Source of the DNA: Verrucomicrobiota bacterium
GTDB lineage: Bacteria; Verrucomicrobiota; Verrucomicrobiia; Limisphaerales; J093
DNA length: 64,000 nucleotides
Direction of reading: 5' to 3'
Assembly: GCA_016871715.1 (NCBI GenBank)
Contig: VHCO01000001.1
Location: 18,591-82,590, forward strand
The translations under genes were made by a program, and so were the position numbers. Below the pieces are notes generated by a model. The model searched no databases. It was not told the origin of the DNA and worked only from the letters and a program-made list of their open reading frames with translations. Position 1 is the stretch's first letter; the number at the start of each line of letters is the position of its first letter. This document shows, piece after piece, positions 1 to 9,304 of this stretch.

Positions 1-1284
1 GATTTGCCAGATGCCAATGACGCCGACCGCAATCAAAAGGGTCGCACCGGCAATGACCCACTTAGCCCGACGAAAGGCGAAACTGCCCAGCGCCGGCAGA
101 AAGCGAGCGGAAGTTCCAGAAACCTCCGCACGTGCGGCCAGGTGGCGGCTCAGCGTAATCTCCCGAATGAACGTCAGGCTGGCGGGCAGCAATGTGAAGG
201 TCAACAACCACGCCACCATGATGCCAAATGCGATGTTGACGCCAAACACCTGCACTGGCGGAATGCCGGCCAACGCGAGTGAGGCGAATCCCACTGCCGA
301 GGTCACCGACGTAAAGAGACACGGCCGCCACAAATCGCGGAGCACCGCTGCGATGGTCTGGCGACGATCGCGCAACCGCGGATACCGGTCAGAAAACCAG
401 CTCAACACATGGACCGAGTCCAGCACCGCAATGGGCATCAGGAAGATCGGCGTCATCGAACTCATGATGTGGACAGTGTAACCCAGCCAAATCATCGCTC
501 CCATCGTCCAGATGATGGTCACCATCATCAGTCCCATCGCCGGCAGAATCAGTGTCCACCGCCGGAACAGCAGCCAGAGGAGCAGGAACAACAGCATCCC
601 CGTCGCCGGCCCGACCACTGCCATTTGAACGAACATCTCGTGACCGAACGTCTCTTCGGCTACCGGCAAGCCGGCGATGAAGAAACGCACTCCATTCGAC
701 GTGTCGCTGGCGGATGCACGAAACTCCTCTTCCAAAATCTCCTCAATGCGTCCCGCGATGCTGTGGCTGAGGTCCTTGCTTTGGATCGGCACGTAAAGCG
801 CCGTGGCTTTCCCATCCGCCGAAATGATTTTGCCAACAAAGAATGAATTGCCAAACACCGCCTGCCGCAACTGCGCCAGGGCCTCATGGGTGCGCGGTAC
901 GTTGTCCAGAAACCGCCGCACGACCAGCGTGCCCTCGCTGGCGGTGATATTGTCGGACGTCGCCAGGCTCACCACGTCCTCCGCCACGACGCCAGGAATG
1001 GCGAGGACTTGCTCCGCGGCGCGCGCCAACTTCTCCAGCGTCGGCGTTTCAAGAATTCCCCCCTCGTCCACCAAGCCAACCACGAGCAGGTCGCGGATGC
1101 CGAACTCCTGCTTCACCTGCCGGTAGAACACCCGGTCGAGCTGTTGGGCTGCCAGCATGTTCTCCGGATCAGTGTCGATCCGGGCCTTGGGAAACTGAAC
1201 TGCAAACAGCGCCGTCATCAGCAACGTGAGGCTGACAACCGTCTTCGGGTTCCGGATGGAATAATCGATCAGTGCATTCTTCAT
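1..1284 (-). CDS. RND/MMPL-family membrane transporter, N-terminal 428 codons (gene continues beyond the left window edge)
   Basis: Absent from the ORF track because it is open at the edge. Hand translation of the minus strand from ATG (complement of 1282-1284) gives MKNALIDYSIRNPKTVVSLTLLMTALFAVQFPKARIDTDPENML...GHEMFVQMAVVGPATGMLLFLLLWLLFRRW...SSMTPIFLMPIAVLDSVHVLSWF...AFGIMVAWLLTFTLLPA. One TM helix, a large loop, then a TM cluster, as in RND/MMPL (HpnN-like) exporters. No stop across 1284 nt. Confidence 0.75.
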   Translation of the reverse strand, partial: MKNALIDYSIRNPKTVVSLTLLMTALFAVQFPKARIDTDPENMLAAQQLDRVFYRQVKQEFGIRDLLVVGLVDEGGILETPTLEKLARAAEQVLAIPGVVAEDVVSLATSDNITASEGTLVVRRFLDNVPRTHEALAQLRQAVFGNSFFVGKIISADGKATALYVPIQSKDLSHSIAGRIEEILEEEFRASASDTSNGVRFFIAGLPVAEETFGHEMFVQMAVVGPATGMLLFLLLWLLFRRWTLILPAMGLMMVTIIWTMGAMIWLGYTVHIMSSMTPIFLMPIAVLDSVHVLSWFSDRYPRLRDRRQTIAAVLRDLWRPCLFTSVTSAVGFASLALAGIPPVQVFGVNIAFGIMVAWLLTFTLLPASLTFIREITLSRHLAARAEVSGTSARFLPALGSFAFRRAKWVIAGATLLIAVGVIGIWQI

Positions 1285-1286
1285 GG

Positions 1287-2078
1287 TCAGAGGGTTGGTA
1301 GGCGCGCGACGGTCGCCTCCAGGAGTTTCAACGCATCCACGCTGCCGTCGGCCTCGCCTTTCTCGAAATCCCCCGCTTCCACGCCCATCCGGTTGGTGAC
1401 GTGAGCGAAGCACACCACCGGCTGCCCGTGCGCTTCCGCAAAAGCATCGAGGGACGCAGCCTCCATTTCGACGGCCAGAATGCCTTCAGCGAGGGCGGAG
1501 GCGATGGCCTCCTCCGTTTCCCGGTAGGGCGCGTCCGTCGTCCAGACCGCCCCCCGGACAATGGGCACAGGATAATCGGCAAGCCGCTTGTTCAAGGCAG
1601 CATCCAAATCGGGATTCAGCCGGGCATACGCCTGGGGCGGCAGGTAATGGTAACTCGCCCCCTCATCACGCAACGCCCGCTCGATCAGCACGAAATACGG
1701 CGGCTCGCGCAATGGAACAATTTGTCCTGCTGACGTAACGCTCAACAGCAGCCGGCACCCGGACGCAAAAAGTTGCTCCGCCAACAGCACGGCAAACGCG
1801 CCGCCGACCGCGTGCCCAATCATGCCACACCGTCGGCCGCCCAGTGTGAACTCATGCAGCCGTGTATGGTAGCACGGCCAGACGGCACTGGGCCGGGCCA
1901 AACCGCGTTCCAGCAGATGGGCCACGATGTTTCCATCCGGATCCAGCACGCACACGGGCGGCACGTCGCCCTCCGGCAACGATTTTTGGCGGCGTGCCTC
2001 GCGCACCAAATTACCCGGCGCGAATACTGCCGGCCGGACGTAAAGCTTGTTTTGCAGCAGGGGAATGGACGGATTCAT
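1287..2078 (-). CDS. nucleoside phosphorylase family protein (PNP/UDP-1 fold)
   Basis: ORF 1287..2252 trimmed to the internal ATG at 2078 (MNPSIPLLQNKLYV...). GHAVGG and VEMEAASL motifs are typical of family-1 nucleoside phosphorylases. Stop lies 2 nt from the start of the downstream transporter gene. Confidence 0.65.
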   Translation of the reverse strand: MNPSIPLLQNKLYVRPAVFAPGNLVREARRQKSLPEGDVPPVCVLDPDGNIVAHLLERGLARPSAVWPCYHTRLHEFTLGGRRCGMIGHAVGGAFAVLLAEQLFASGCRLLLSVTSAGQIVPLREPPYFVLIERALRDEGASYHYLPPQAYARLNPDLDAALNKRLADYPVPIVRGAVWTTDAPYRETEEAIASALAEGILAVEMEAASLDAFAEAHGQPVVCFAHVTNRMGVEAGDFEKGEADGSVDALKLLEATVARLPTL

Positions 2079-2098
2079 GGGCAGCCTTTCGCCATTAG

Positions 2099-2806
2099 TC
2101 AACCAACGCTGGCGGCAGCCTTTCCTCTCTTGACCGACAAACCATTCGCCCGCCAGTCCACCACGCCCCAATCCAACCGCACCGCCCGGAAGCCCCGTGC
2201 CCGCAGCCGTTGCACTGCTTCTATCGCCAGCACGCAGTACGGCCCGCGGCAATAGGCGACCACTTCGCGGTTCTTCGGCAACTCGGCCATGCGCGCCTCC
2301 AACTCGGCCATCGGGATGGAGATCGCGCCGGGCAAATGGGCTTCCTCGAACTCCTCGGTTGGCCGGACATCCAGCACCGTAACCTCACCGCTCTTGACGC
2401 GTTGCAGCAATTCCTGCCGGTCTACCGCCTCGAAACCGCCCCGGCTTTCCAGGAACTGCCGGGTCGTTCGCTCGATTTCCGCCAGGCGCCTTTCCGCGAG
2501 CAACCGAAGCTGGCGCACAAACTCAGCTACCGCGGGATCCGCAAGCCGGTAGGTGACGTACAGCCCACTCTTCTCCGTCTCCACCAATCGCGCGGCCCGC
2601 AGCACCTGGAGATGCTGCGAGGCGTTGGCGATGGCGACGTTCGCCGCGGCGGCCAGAGCCTCGACGTGCCGCGGGCCTTGGGCCAAGAGATCGAGCAGTT
2701 CCAGCCGCACCGGACTGGCGATGGCCTTTCCGATGCGGGTAAACTGCTCAAAGATGGCCGTTTTGAACCGGCGTCCCGTCGTTTTCACCAGCGTGCTAGT
2801 ATTCAA
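2099..2806 (-). CDS. ArsR-family transcriptional regulator fused to a rhodanese domain
   Basis: N-terminal winged HTH (IASPVRLELLDLLAQGPRHVEALA...ASQHLQVLRAARLVETEKSG..YYRL) and C-terminal rhodanese (VTVLDVRPTEEFEEAHLPGAISIP...VVAYCRGPYCVLA). Confidence 0.85.
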   Translation of the reverse strand: MNTSTLVKTTGRRFKTAIFEQFTRIGKAIASPVRLELLDLLAQGPRHVEALAAAANVAIANASQHLQVLRAARLVETEKSGLYVTYRLADPAVAEFVRQLRLLAERRLAEIERTTRQFLESRGGFEAVDRQELLQRVKSGEVTVLDVRPTEEFEEAHLPGAISIPMAELEARMAELPKNREVVAYCRGPYCVLAIEAVQRLRARGFRAVRLDWGVVDWRANGLSVKRGKAAASVG

Positions 2807-2939
2807 TTGAATTATTGATTACTCCCGGCCAGGTCTTCTGTCCATCGAAATCTTGCGGTGCCGCCTCATCCTCGGAGCATCCCAAGAGCGTTGGTGACGT
2901 GGTTTCGGACGGGACCATCGAATGGCGCCGTAGCATCTT

Positions 2940-3445
2940 GGCGTGCGCCATCAATCAACAGGGCCAATGCAATGCTGGTGTTGCCCAAGGATCTCAAACC
3001 GGGCGAGCGCCGGCCCGTGGTGGTCTGCCAGCATGGGCGCAACGGCATTCCGCGCAATCTGCTCGACGGCAACACGACCGCCTACAGCAACGTCGCCGCC
3101 CAGCTCGCCGAGCGCGGCTTCATTGCCCTGGCGCCCCACAACCTGTATCGCGGTGAGGACCGCTACCGCTGGCTGGATCGCAAAGCCAACACGCTCGGCG
3201 CGACGCTGTTCTCGTTCATCATCGCGCAGCACGACCAGATGCTCCGGTGGCTGGGGACCCAGCCGTTTGTGGACGCGCAGCGGATCGCGTTCTACGGGCT
3301 GAGCTACGGCGGCGAGACGGCCGTGCGCGTGCCGCCTATTTTGGAGCGCTATTGCCTTTCGATTTGCTCGGGCGACTTCAACCAATGGACGCGCAAGGTG
3401 GCAGCGACGGACCAGCCGTTCAGCTTCATGCGCACCATCGAGTGG
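2940..3445 (+). pseudogene. alpha/beta-hydrolase (dienelactone-hydrolase/esterase-like) fragment lacking a credible N-terminus and C-terminus
   Basis: Part of ORF 2858..3559: LPKDLKPGERRPVVVCQHG...AFYGLSYGGETAV (GxSxG elbow)...FSFMRTIEW. The frame then degenerates into Arg/Gly-rich nonsense. No signal peptide or plausible start. Confidence 0.45.
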
Positions 3446-3504
3446 GCCAGGGTTCCTGGGCGATTGGGTCGCAGGTGGCGGACCGCCCGCGCCGGCCGGG
3501 CCAC

Positions 3505-3912
3505 GGCCCGGACTGGTGGAAGGCGCACTTCGACGATCAACCGGTGGCCAATCAGGTGAAACACTTCGCCACGCTGAACCGGGTGTATCCCTTCCACCAA
3601 GCCCAGCGTGACTGGGCCGCCGGGCGCGAAGTGCTGACCGAGCGTGGTCAGGGCGCCGATTACCGCGCGGCGCTATTCGCCAAGGACCGCGCCTGGGCGC
3701 TGGTTTATGTGCCGCACGGCAAACAGCCGGGCAGCGTCACGATTCGCCTGGACCCATTCGCTTCGCCGATGCGGGCACGGTGGTTTGATCCCACTTCGGG
3801 CGTGTTCAGCAAGTTCACGGATCCACTTCCGCCGACTGGCACGCGGGCCTTTACTGCTCCCGGAACAGACCACTCCGGCCAACGGGACTTTGTGCTTGTG
3901 CTGGACCGGATG
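3505..3912 (+). pseudogene. C-terminal fragment of a DUF4038-type glycoside hydrolase (beta-sandwich 'collagen-binding-like' tail only)
   Basis: Frame of ORF 3247..4221: ...RAWALVYVPHGKQPGSVTIRLDPFASPMRARWFDPTSGVF...RAFTAPGTDHSGQRDFVLVLDR. The same tail module ends the intact genes at 5952-7391 and 33749-35356. No catalytic domain lies upstream. Confidence 0.45.
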
Positions 3913-3914
3913 CC

Positions 3915-4682
3915 TTGCCCACCAGCTCTCGAAAAGGCGCGGGGATTTGCGGGTACCACTGGTGGCCCAACGGCTCCAAACCGGACGGCCGGTGGCGCTG
4001 GCCAGACGCCCCGTCCGATACCTTTGCTCGCAGCGGCCACAACAACAACGACCTGTTTGTCATTCCCGCCTGGAACATCGTCACCGCCCGGCTGGGCCTC
4101 GATCAAGCCGAGGACGAGATTACGTCCGCCGAATACAACACCTTTCTCCGAACGCTCGGCGAGGCGCTCACCGATGCGACCATCGAGGGGCCGCGCACGG
4201 CCTGGCATCCCCTCACGCTGACCATGCGCGGTCCGGCCGCCCAGGAGACTGACAACGATCCGAATCCGTTCCTCGATTACCGGTTGCAGGTGCGCTTCAC
4301 CGGTCCGACCGGGAAGACGTTCCATGTACCGGGCTACTTTGACGGGGACGGCGGTGGCGGCAACCACGGCAACCTCTGGCAGGCAAGGTCTACACCTAAT
4401 GAAGGCGGCCGATGGACTTACACGGTTTCCTTTCGCCATGGCAAGAGTGTCGCCCTCAGCTTGGAGGCGAATGCGGGCGAAGCGACGGCAGGAGATGGCC
4501 AATCCGACGCGTTCGACGTGGCGCCGCGCGATCCGGAGGCGCCGGGCTTTCGCCGGTGGGGCCGCCTGCAATACGTCGGGCGGAATTACTTGAAATTCGA
4601 CTTTTTCCTGAAGCCCAACTCGGCCGACAAGCCGCGAGTGCGGGGGCTGGCGGAACAACGGAACAAGAGGGTAGAAGGCTGA
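3915..4682 (+). pseudogene. chimeric ORF: C-terminal end of a beta-lactamase-family serine hydrolase joined to an isolated DUF5060-like N-terminal domain
   Basis: GYHWWPNGSKPDGRWRWPDAPSDTFARSGHNNNDLFVIPAWNIVTARLG matches the serine-hydrolase C-terminal pattern. It is followed by WHPLTLTMRGPAAQETDNDPNPFLDYRLQVRFTGPTGKTFHVPGYFDGDG...RLQYVGRNYLKF (DUF5060-like). The ORF then ends where a catalytic TIM barrel would begin. Confidence 0.4.
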
Positions 4683-4799
4683 AATTCTTCATTCTGCATT
4701 CTTCGTTCATCCTTTCCCTCTGGTGGGGCTGGAGCGCAGCACCGGTGGAAGAGGTAACTTGCACTTTCACGATCCGGCCAACGCCGGTCGCCGCTTCAT

Positions 4800-4971
4800 C
4801 CCCCTCCTGCTGGCCGCCTGCAAACTCCCGGACACGCTGAGGCAGACCCCGCCACCAACGCGCAATGGAGCAGACCGCGAACTCCGGCGTGTTGTTCGAC
4901 ACGCCGACGCAGACATGCCCACGATTCTTTGCGATGTCGTAGATTCCAAAAGGGAACAGCTCGGCACTTAG
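4800..4971 (-). mobile_element. ISAzo13-family (Rhodopirellula-type DDE) transposase internal fragment
   Basis: Minus-strand frame opening after a TGA at 4972-4974 reads LSAELFPFGIYDIAKNRGHVCVGVSNNTPEFAVCSIARWW. It matches the remembered family pattern P-Y-G-[IV]-Y-D-...-G-W-V-x-V-G-x-x-x-D-T-x-x-F-A-V-x-S-I-R-x-W-W. The sequence diverges afterwards and no inverted repeats were seen. Confidence 0.5.
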
Positions 4972-5110
4972 TCACACCAGGGAAGTCATGCTCGTTGACC
5001 TCCTCCGCTTGCCGACAGGGCAGATTGCAGATTTCGAAGGAGGCGACGGCGTCGCTGGCTGGGCCGAAGAAGCGGATTCACTGCCAATCGGCGGTCGAGG
5101 TGATGAAGGA

Positions 5111-5183
5111 ACCGCGAAACATGCGAAATACGCGAACGCTCTGGTTTCAGACGTCTTTTCGCGTGTTTGGCGTTTTTCGCGGT
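5111..5183. repeat. 73-bp imperfect hairpin repeat, copy 1 (flanks the GxxExxY gene)
   Basis: ACCGCGAAACATGCGAAATACGCGAA...TTTTCGCGTGTTTGGCGTTTTTCGCGGT. Left and right arms are imperfect reverse complements. Near-identical arms recur at 5619-5694. Confidence 0.8.
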
Positions 5184-5191
5184 AAGCCTCC

Positions 5192-5599
5192 TCAAGCCCT
5201 CCTGGCAAAGCGCCCGCGCTCCGCCACAATGCGTTCGATTTGGGCCTTGGGGTAGTGGCCGAAGTTCACCAGCAGTCCCAGCTTCAGCCCGGTCGCCCTG
5301 AGGTAGTTGAGGACTTGTGCCCGATGCTCGTCCACCAGTTCGGTCACGGCCTTCAACTCCACGATGATCTGGTCGTAGCAGATGAAGTCCGGTTCGTATT
5401 TGGAGCGCAAAGGACAGCTCTTGTATTCCAAGGCCAAAGGCTTCTGCGCCACATACGGAATGCCCTGCAAACGCAGTTCGATCTCCATGCATTCCTGGTA
5501 AACGGGTTCCAGGAAGCCACAGCCCTTCTCCCGGTACACCTCGAAGCACGCCCCCACGATCTTGTAGCTCTCTGTTTTGAACAACAGATCAGCATTCAT
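5192..5599 (-). CDS. GxxExxY protein (PD-(D/E)XK-like family)
   Basis: ORF 5192..5650 trimmed to the ATG at 5599: MNADLLFKTESYKIVGACFEVYREKGCGFLEPVYQECMEIELRLQGIPY...YEPDFICYDQIIVELKAV...LNYLRATGLKLGLLVNFG. This is the characteristic GxxExxY family signature. Confidence 0.85.
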   Translation of the reverse strand: MNADLLFKTESYKIVGACFEVYREKGCGFLEPVYQECMEIELRLQGIPYVAQKPLALEYKSCPLRSKYEPDFICYDQIIVELKAVTELVDEHRAQVLNYLRATGLKLGLLVNFGHYPKAQIERIVAERGRFARRA

Positions 5600-5618
5600 G
5601 GACGAAGTGGCTACAGGC

Positions 5619-5694
5619 ACCGCGAAATATGCGCAATACGCGAAAGTCATTCCAGGGGAATTCTCCTTTTCGCGTCTTTAGCGTTTTTCGCGGT
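5619..5694. repeat. 76-bp imperfect hairpin repeat, copy 2 (direct orientation relative to copy 1)
   Basis: ACCGCGAAATATGCGCAATACGCGAA...TTTTCGCGTCTTTAGCGTTTTTCGCGGT. Arms are nearly identical to 5111-5183 but the loop differs. Confidence 0.8.
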
Positions 5695-5696
5695 TA

Positions 5697-5885
5697 TCGA
5701 GCGGGCATTTCCAACGCCGAGAGATCAAGCCCATCGGCGACAGCTTCATGGCAGCGTTCAAGTGCGCAGGCGCGGCGATGGACTACGCGCGGGCGTTGCA
5801 GGGGAACACGGGCCATCCGCAGGTGCGCATCCGCGCCGGCATCCACATCGGGCCGATGCGGGTGGAGGAAGGGGTCGAGCCGTGA
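5697..5885 (+). pseudogene. class III adenylate/guanylate cyclase catalytic-domain fragment
   Basis: Frame with codons starting at multiples of 3: ...REIKPIGDSFMAAFKCAGAAMDYARALQGNTGHPQVRIRAGIHIGPMRVEEGVEP*. The GDxFMAxF and R-x-G-I-H-x-G motifs are present. There is no start codon and both ends of the domain are missing. Confidence 0.45.
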
Positions 5886-5951
5886 ATACTGCCGGACGAA
5901 TTTAGGTTTGAATGGGCATTGAACTCTGGCCGAACGTCTGGACCTCTGCCT

Positions 5952-7391
5952 ATGAACATTCGTATGAAATCGTCATTCCGGCTTGGGGAAGGACTCCGCG
6001 CCCGGTGGGCCGGTTGCCTGAGCCTCGTGGTCCTCGTCGCCCTCGCCGCCAAATTCCCTCTTGCGGCCAACACCCCAAAGTCGAGCGTTCCCGCCCGCGG
6101 CCCGTTGCGCGTGCATCCGGCCAATCCGCGCTACTTCGCCGACCCCAGCGGGCAGGTGGTGTATTTAACCGGATCGCACACGTGGCAAAGCCTCCAAGAT
6201 GGCATCCTGCCCGCGTACACCGAGGTCAAGCAGCCTTTCGATTACAATGGCTATCTCGATCTGCTCCAGACCAACCATCACAACTTCATCCGCCTCTGGC
6301 GCTGGGAGCTGACCGACCACGAACCGCAGCCGTGGTTGCGCACCGGTTCGGGCAAGGCGCGCGATGGCCAGGCCAAGTTTGACCTGCGCCAGTTCAATCA
6401 AGCCTACTTCGACCGGCTCCGCGCCCGCGTCGTCGCTGCCGGTGAGCGGGGCATTTACGTGGGCGTGATGCTGTTCGAGGATTGGATCTTCATGAGCAAA
6501 CGCAAGGAGCACCCGGTCGAACATCACCCCTTCCACAAGGACAATAACGTCAGCGGCATCCATGGCGATCCGAACGGCGACGGCTGGGGCATTGAGATCC
6601 ACACGCTTCAGGTGCCTGAACTGGTGGAGGTCCAGAAGGCTTACGTGCGCAAGGCGATTGAAACGCTCAACGACCTGGATCACGTGCTGTGGGAAATCTG
6701 CAACGAGGGCAAACGGCACACGCGCGACTGGCAGTACGAAATGGTACGGTTCATCAAGCGCGTCGAGGCCGAGCTGCCCAAGCAGCACCCGGTCGGCATG
6801 ACTTCCGTGGGCGACATGAATCCGGATTGCCTCCAAAGCCCCGCCGACTGGACCTCGCTCTCAACGGCGCGCTGGGACCAAACCACGGATCCGTGGGCGT
6901 CCTCGCCTCCGGCCGCCGACGGCCAGAAAGTGGTGCTGCTCGACACCGATCACATCGGCTGGAAAATCTTCATCAACGACGCGGCCTTCACGCGGGCCTG
7001 GGTGTGGAAGAGTTTCACGTGCGGCTACAGCACTCTCTTGATGGAGAATCTGTCGCCGAGCGCCGGTTGGATTGCCGGTCGGGCCGCGATGGGGCACTCC
7101 CGGCACTACGCTGAACGCATGAACTTGGCCAAAGCCAGGCCGCTGCCCGCACTGGCGAGCACGGGCTACTGCCTGGCGGCTCCGGGCGCCGAGTACCTGG
7201 TGTATGCCCCAGAGGGTGGCAAATTCACCGTGGACCTTTCCGCTGCCGATGGCGCGCTGACCGCGGAATGGCTGCATCCGCCCACGGGCACCATCAAGTC
7301 CGCCGCCACTGTCGAAGGCGGAACTCGGCGCGAGTTCACCGCACCGTCGCCCGGGGATGCGGTGCTGTTCCTCCGCCGGCCCGATAGGTAG
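5952..7391 (+). CDS. secreted glycoside hydrolase, GH5-like TIM barrel with C-terminal beta-sandwich tail
   Basis: ORF 5919..7391, with a probable start at ATG 5952 or 5964. Signal peptide CLSLVVLVALAAKFPLAA. HNFIRLW and LWEICNEG (catalytic NE-type motif). C-terminal EYLVYAPEGGKFTVDL...EWLHPPTG...FTAP...AVLFL tail module. Confidence 0.7.
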   Translation: MNIRMKSSFRLGEGLRARWAGCLSLVVLVALAAKFPLAANTPKSSVPARGPLRVHPANPRYFADPSGQVVYLTGSHTWQSLQDGILPAYTEVKQPFDYNGYLDLLQTNHHNFIRLWRWELTDHEPQPWLRTGSGKARDGQAKFDLRQFNQAYFDRLRARVVAAGERGIYVGVMLFEDWIFMSKRKEHPVEHHPFHKDNNVSGIHGDPNGDGWGIEIHTLQVPELVEVQKAYVRKAIETLNDLDHVLWEICNEGKRHTRDWQYEMVRFIKRVEAELPKQHPVGMTSVGDMNPDCLQSPADWTSLSTARWDQTTDPWASSPPAADGQKVVLLDTDHIGWKIFINDAAFTRAWVWKSFTCGYSTLLMENLSPSAGWIAGRAAMGHSRHYAERMNLAKARPLPALASTGYCLAAPGAEYLVYAPEGGKFTVDLSAADGALTAEWLHPPTGTIKSAATVEGGTRREFTAPSPGDAVLFLRRPDR

Positions 7392-7514
7392 CGCCTCCGG
7401 GTTCTGTCAGGATTGCAGATTCCGGATCGCCCGCTTCGTATCCGGTCGAGATTTCAACCGTGCAGCCGAGGAACCGATGGCTGGCAGACCAATCCCGAAG
7501 GGCGGCGCTTTCGG

Positions 7515-7811
7515 TCATCGCCCCTCGCCTTGGCGCGATTCCACTGTGCCGCACCCCCAGCGGGCATAGTGAACGGTCGAGGGAATCCAATCCGGGAGGC
7601 TCTTGTCCTGTGGGCGCGTGCGATGGAATATCTGCCAACCCATGCCGGGATTGGCCAGAATGTCGTCGCTCTCGGCAGGCGTCACGGTGACCGTCGGCGC
7701 AGGAGCCGCCTGGGCAGCCTTGGCCGACGCCACGAGCAGTTGGCCGAGCAAGAGCTGGCTGGTCAGGGCCGAGGCGATGACCAGCGTGGGAGACAAGACA
7801 TTGGTTTTCAT
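7515..7811 (-). pseudogene. N-terminal stub (signal peptide plus about 50 aa) of a secreted NPGMGW-type glycoside hydrolase
   Basis: MKTNVLSPTLVIASALTSQLLLGQLLVASAKAAQA...ANPGMGWQIFH...YARW, then the frame ends at 98 aa. No continuation is recognisable in the other frames down to 7392. Confidence 0.4.
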
Positions 7812-7853
7812 TTCAGGGATGGCGGTTTTGCCGGAGCACGGCGTTTCCGCCGA

Positions 7854-9065
7854 TTACTCGGGTTTCAAGTTCTGTTCCACCGTTGCGCCACGCAGCCCGT
7901 CGTTCGCCTGCGGCACATCCGTGAGCAGGTTGTTCGAGAACAGCACCCGACGGCTGGGGAACCCCTCCGCGGTGACCGCCTGTGGTCGGACGCTGGCAAA
8001 CAGGTTGCCCGAGATGACGACATCCGTGGTGGCGCTCAGGGTGATGCCGGCCGCCGCCAGGTCGTTGGTGCCACGCTTGACCTGGCCGTCGCCAATGTAG
8101 CTGTTGGAGAAATTGTTGCCGGAGACCGTGATGCGACCGCTGTCGGGGCCGATTCTCAGGGCGTCTGTCGTGTTGATCGTGAAGGTATTGGCGCTGACCG
8201 CGCAGCCGTAGGCGTCGCGTAAATCGATCCCCTGACCGTTGTGAGCGATGACGTTGGCCGCCAGTGTGGTTCCGTAGCAGTCGCGGTCCAGAACGATGGC
8301 CGCACCGGCGCATTCCTCGATCATGTTGCCCGATACAATGGAGCCATAGGTGTTCTCAATCACGACGCCATGGCGCAGGTGGTCATCCAGATTGTTGCCC
8401 GTCATGCAGAGATTGAAACCGTCCAGGCAGGTGACGGCGTCCTGATTCTCCTCGAACTGATTGCCGGAAACGACAATGTCGTGGCAGCCCTGCAAATGCA
8501 AGCCGCTGCCTTTGTTGTAAGTGACAAGGCAATCGTTTACCCACGGGTCTTCGTAGCAGTCATCGAGAAGGATGCCGTGCCCGCCATGGTAACTCACCGT
8601 CATGCCCTGGAGAAACAGCTCATTGATCCGAACGGCTTCGAGGCCGTGCCCGCTCGCCCGATTGCCCGTGATTCGGAAGTTGCCGAGCATGATTCGCCAT
8701 CGCCGGTCGACGGTCTGCACCTTGCGCCCGTCAGGATGCTGGATGATCAGGGCGGGAAGGCCATTGGTGTTGGCATTTCTGATGTGGGTGGCCGTGCCAG
8801 CGCCTTCGATGCGCACGTCGCCACGCGCCAGGAGGAGCGGTTGCGTAATCTCGATCGTGCCTGCGGGCAAACGCACCAGTCCACCTTCGGGGGGCACCGC
8901 ATCCAGCGCGGCCTGGAGGCTGGGGAATTGGGCGGCGTCAATGTCCGGTCGGGCGCCAGGCAGCTTGGGCCGGCGCTCCTGAGACTGGGCAGACAGCGGC
9001 ATGCCCAGCCAAAGCACCATGCCGAGAATCACCGACCGCGAGAGCAGATGAGCTGCGCTTTTCAT
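7854..9065 (-). CDS. secreted right-handed parallel beta-helix repeat protein (pectate-lyase/NosD-like fold)
   Basis: Signal peptide VILGMVLWLGMPLSAQS. Repeated ...GN.I.. turns (ITGNRASGHG, VVSGNQFEEN, MTGNNLDDH, VSGNMIEEC, VSANTFTIN, VSGNNFSNS, ISGNLFASV). Confidence 0.8.
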   Translation of the reverse strand: MKSAAHLLSRSVILGMVLWLGMPLSAQSQERRPKLPGARPDIDAAQFPSLQAALDAVPPEGGLVRLPAGTIEITQPLLLARGDVRIEGAGTATHIRNANTNGLPALIIQHPDGRKVQTVDRRWRIMLGNFRITGNRASGHGLEAVRINELFLQGMTVSYHGGHGILLDDCYEDPWVNDCLVTYNKGSGLHLQGCHDIVVSGNQFEENQDAVTCLDGFNLCMTGNNLDDHLRHGVVIENTYGSIVSGNMIEECAGAAIVLDRDCYGTTLAANVIAHNGQGIDLRDAYGCAVSANTFTINTTDALRIGPDSGRITVSGNNFSNSYIGDGQVKRGTNDLAAAGITLSATTDVVISGNLFASVRPQAVTAEGFPSRRVLFSNNLLTDVPQANDGLRGATVEQNLKPE

Positions 9066-9304
9066 AAGACGAGAGGAAGAATCTGCGAGTTTCGCTCTTG
9101 ATGGGTGGCTTCAAAGTTCGATGCGAGCATGCGCCGAAACCTGGGAAGATCGCCAGTGAGAAGATGACACTGAATTCCCGTCGGAGTGCATCCCGGTCCC
9201 TCCTGCTCGATCGCGGTGCGAACTGAGCCCTGCCACTGCGGCAAGAGCAACCAACACGAATCCTTGCACCTGCGATTTCACTGGGCGTAGGCTGACCGAC
9301 GACG

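Noticed and set aside
5060-5110. Idea that the cyclase gene continues across the GxxExxY cassette (…SAVEVMKE upstream, joining …REIKPIGDSFMAAF downstream), i.e. a precise insertion into an intact gene.
   Set aside because: The upstream frame shows no other cyclase motifs. The downstream fragment already contains its own …REIK segment preceding GDSFMAAF, so the apparent join is coincidental. Only an internal cyclase fragment can be supported.
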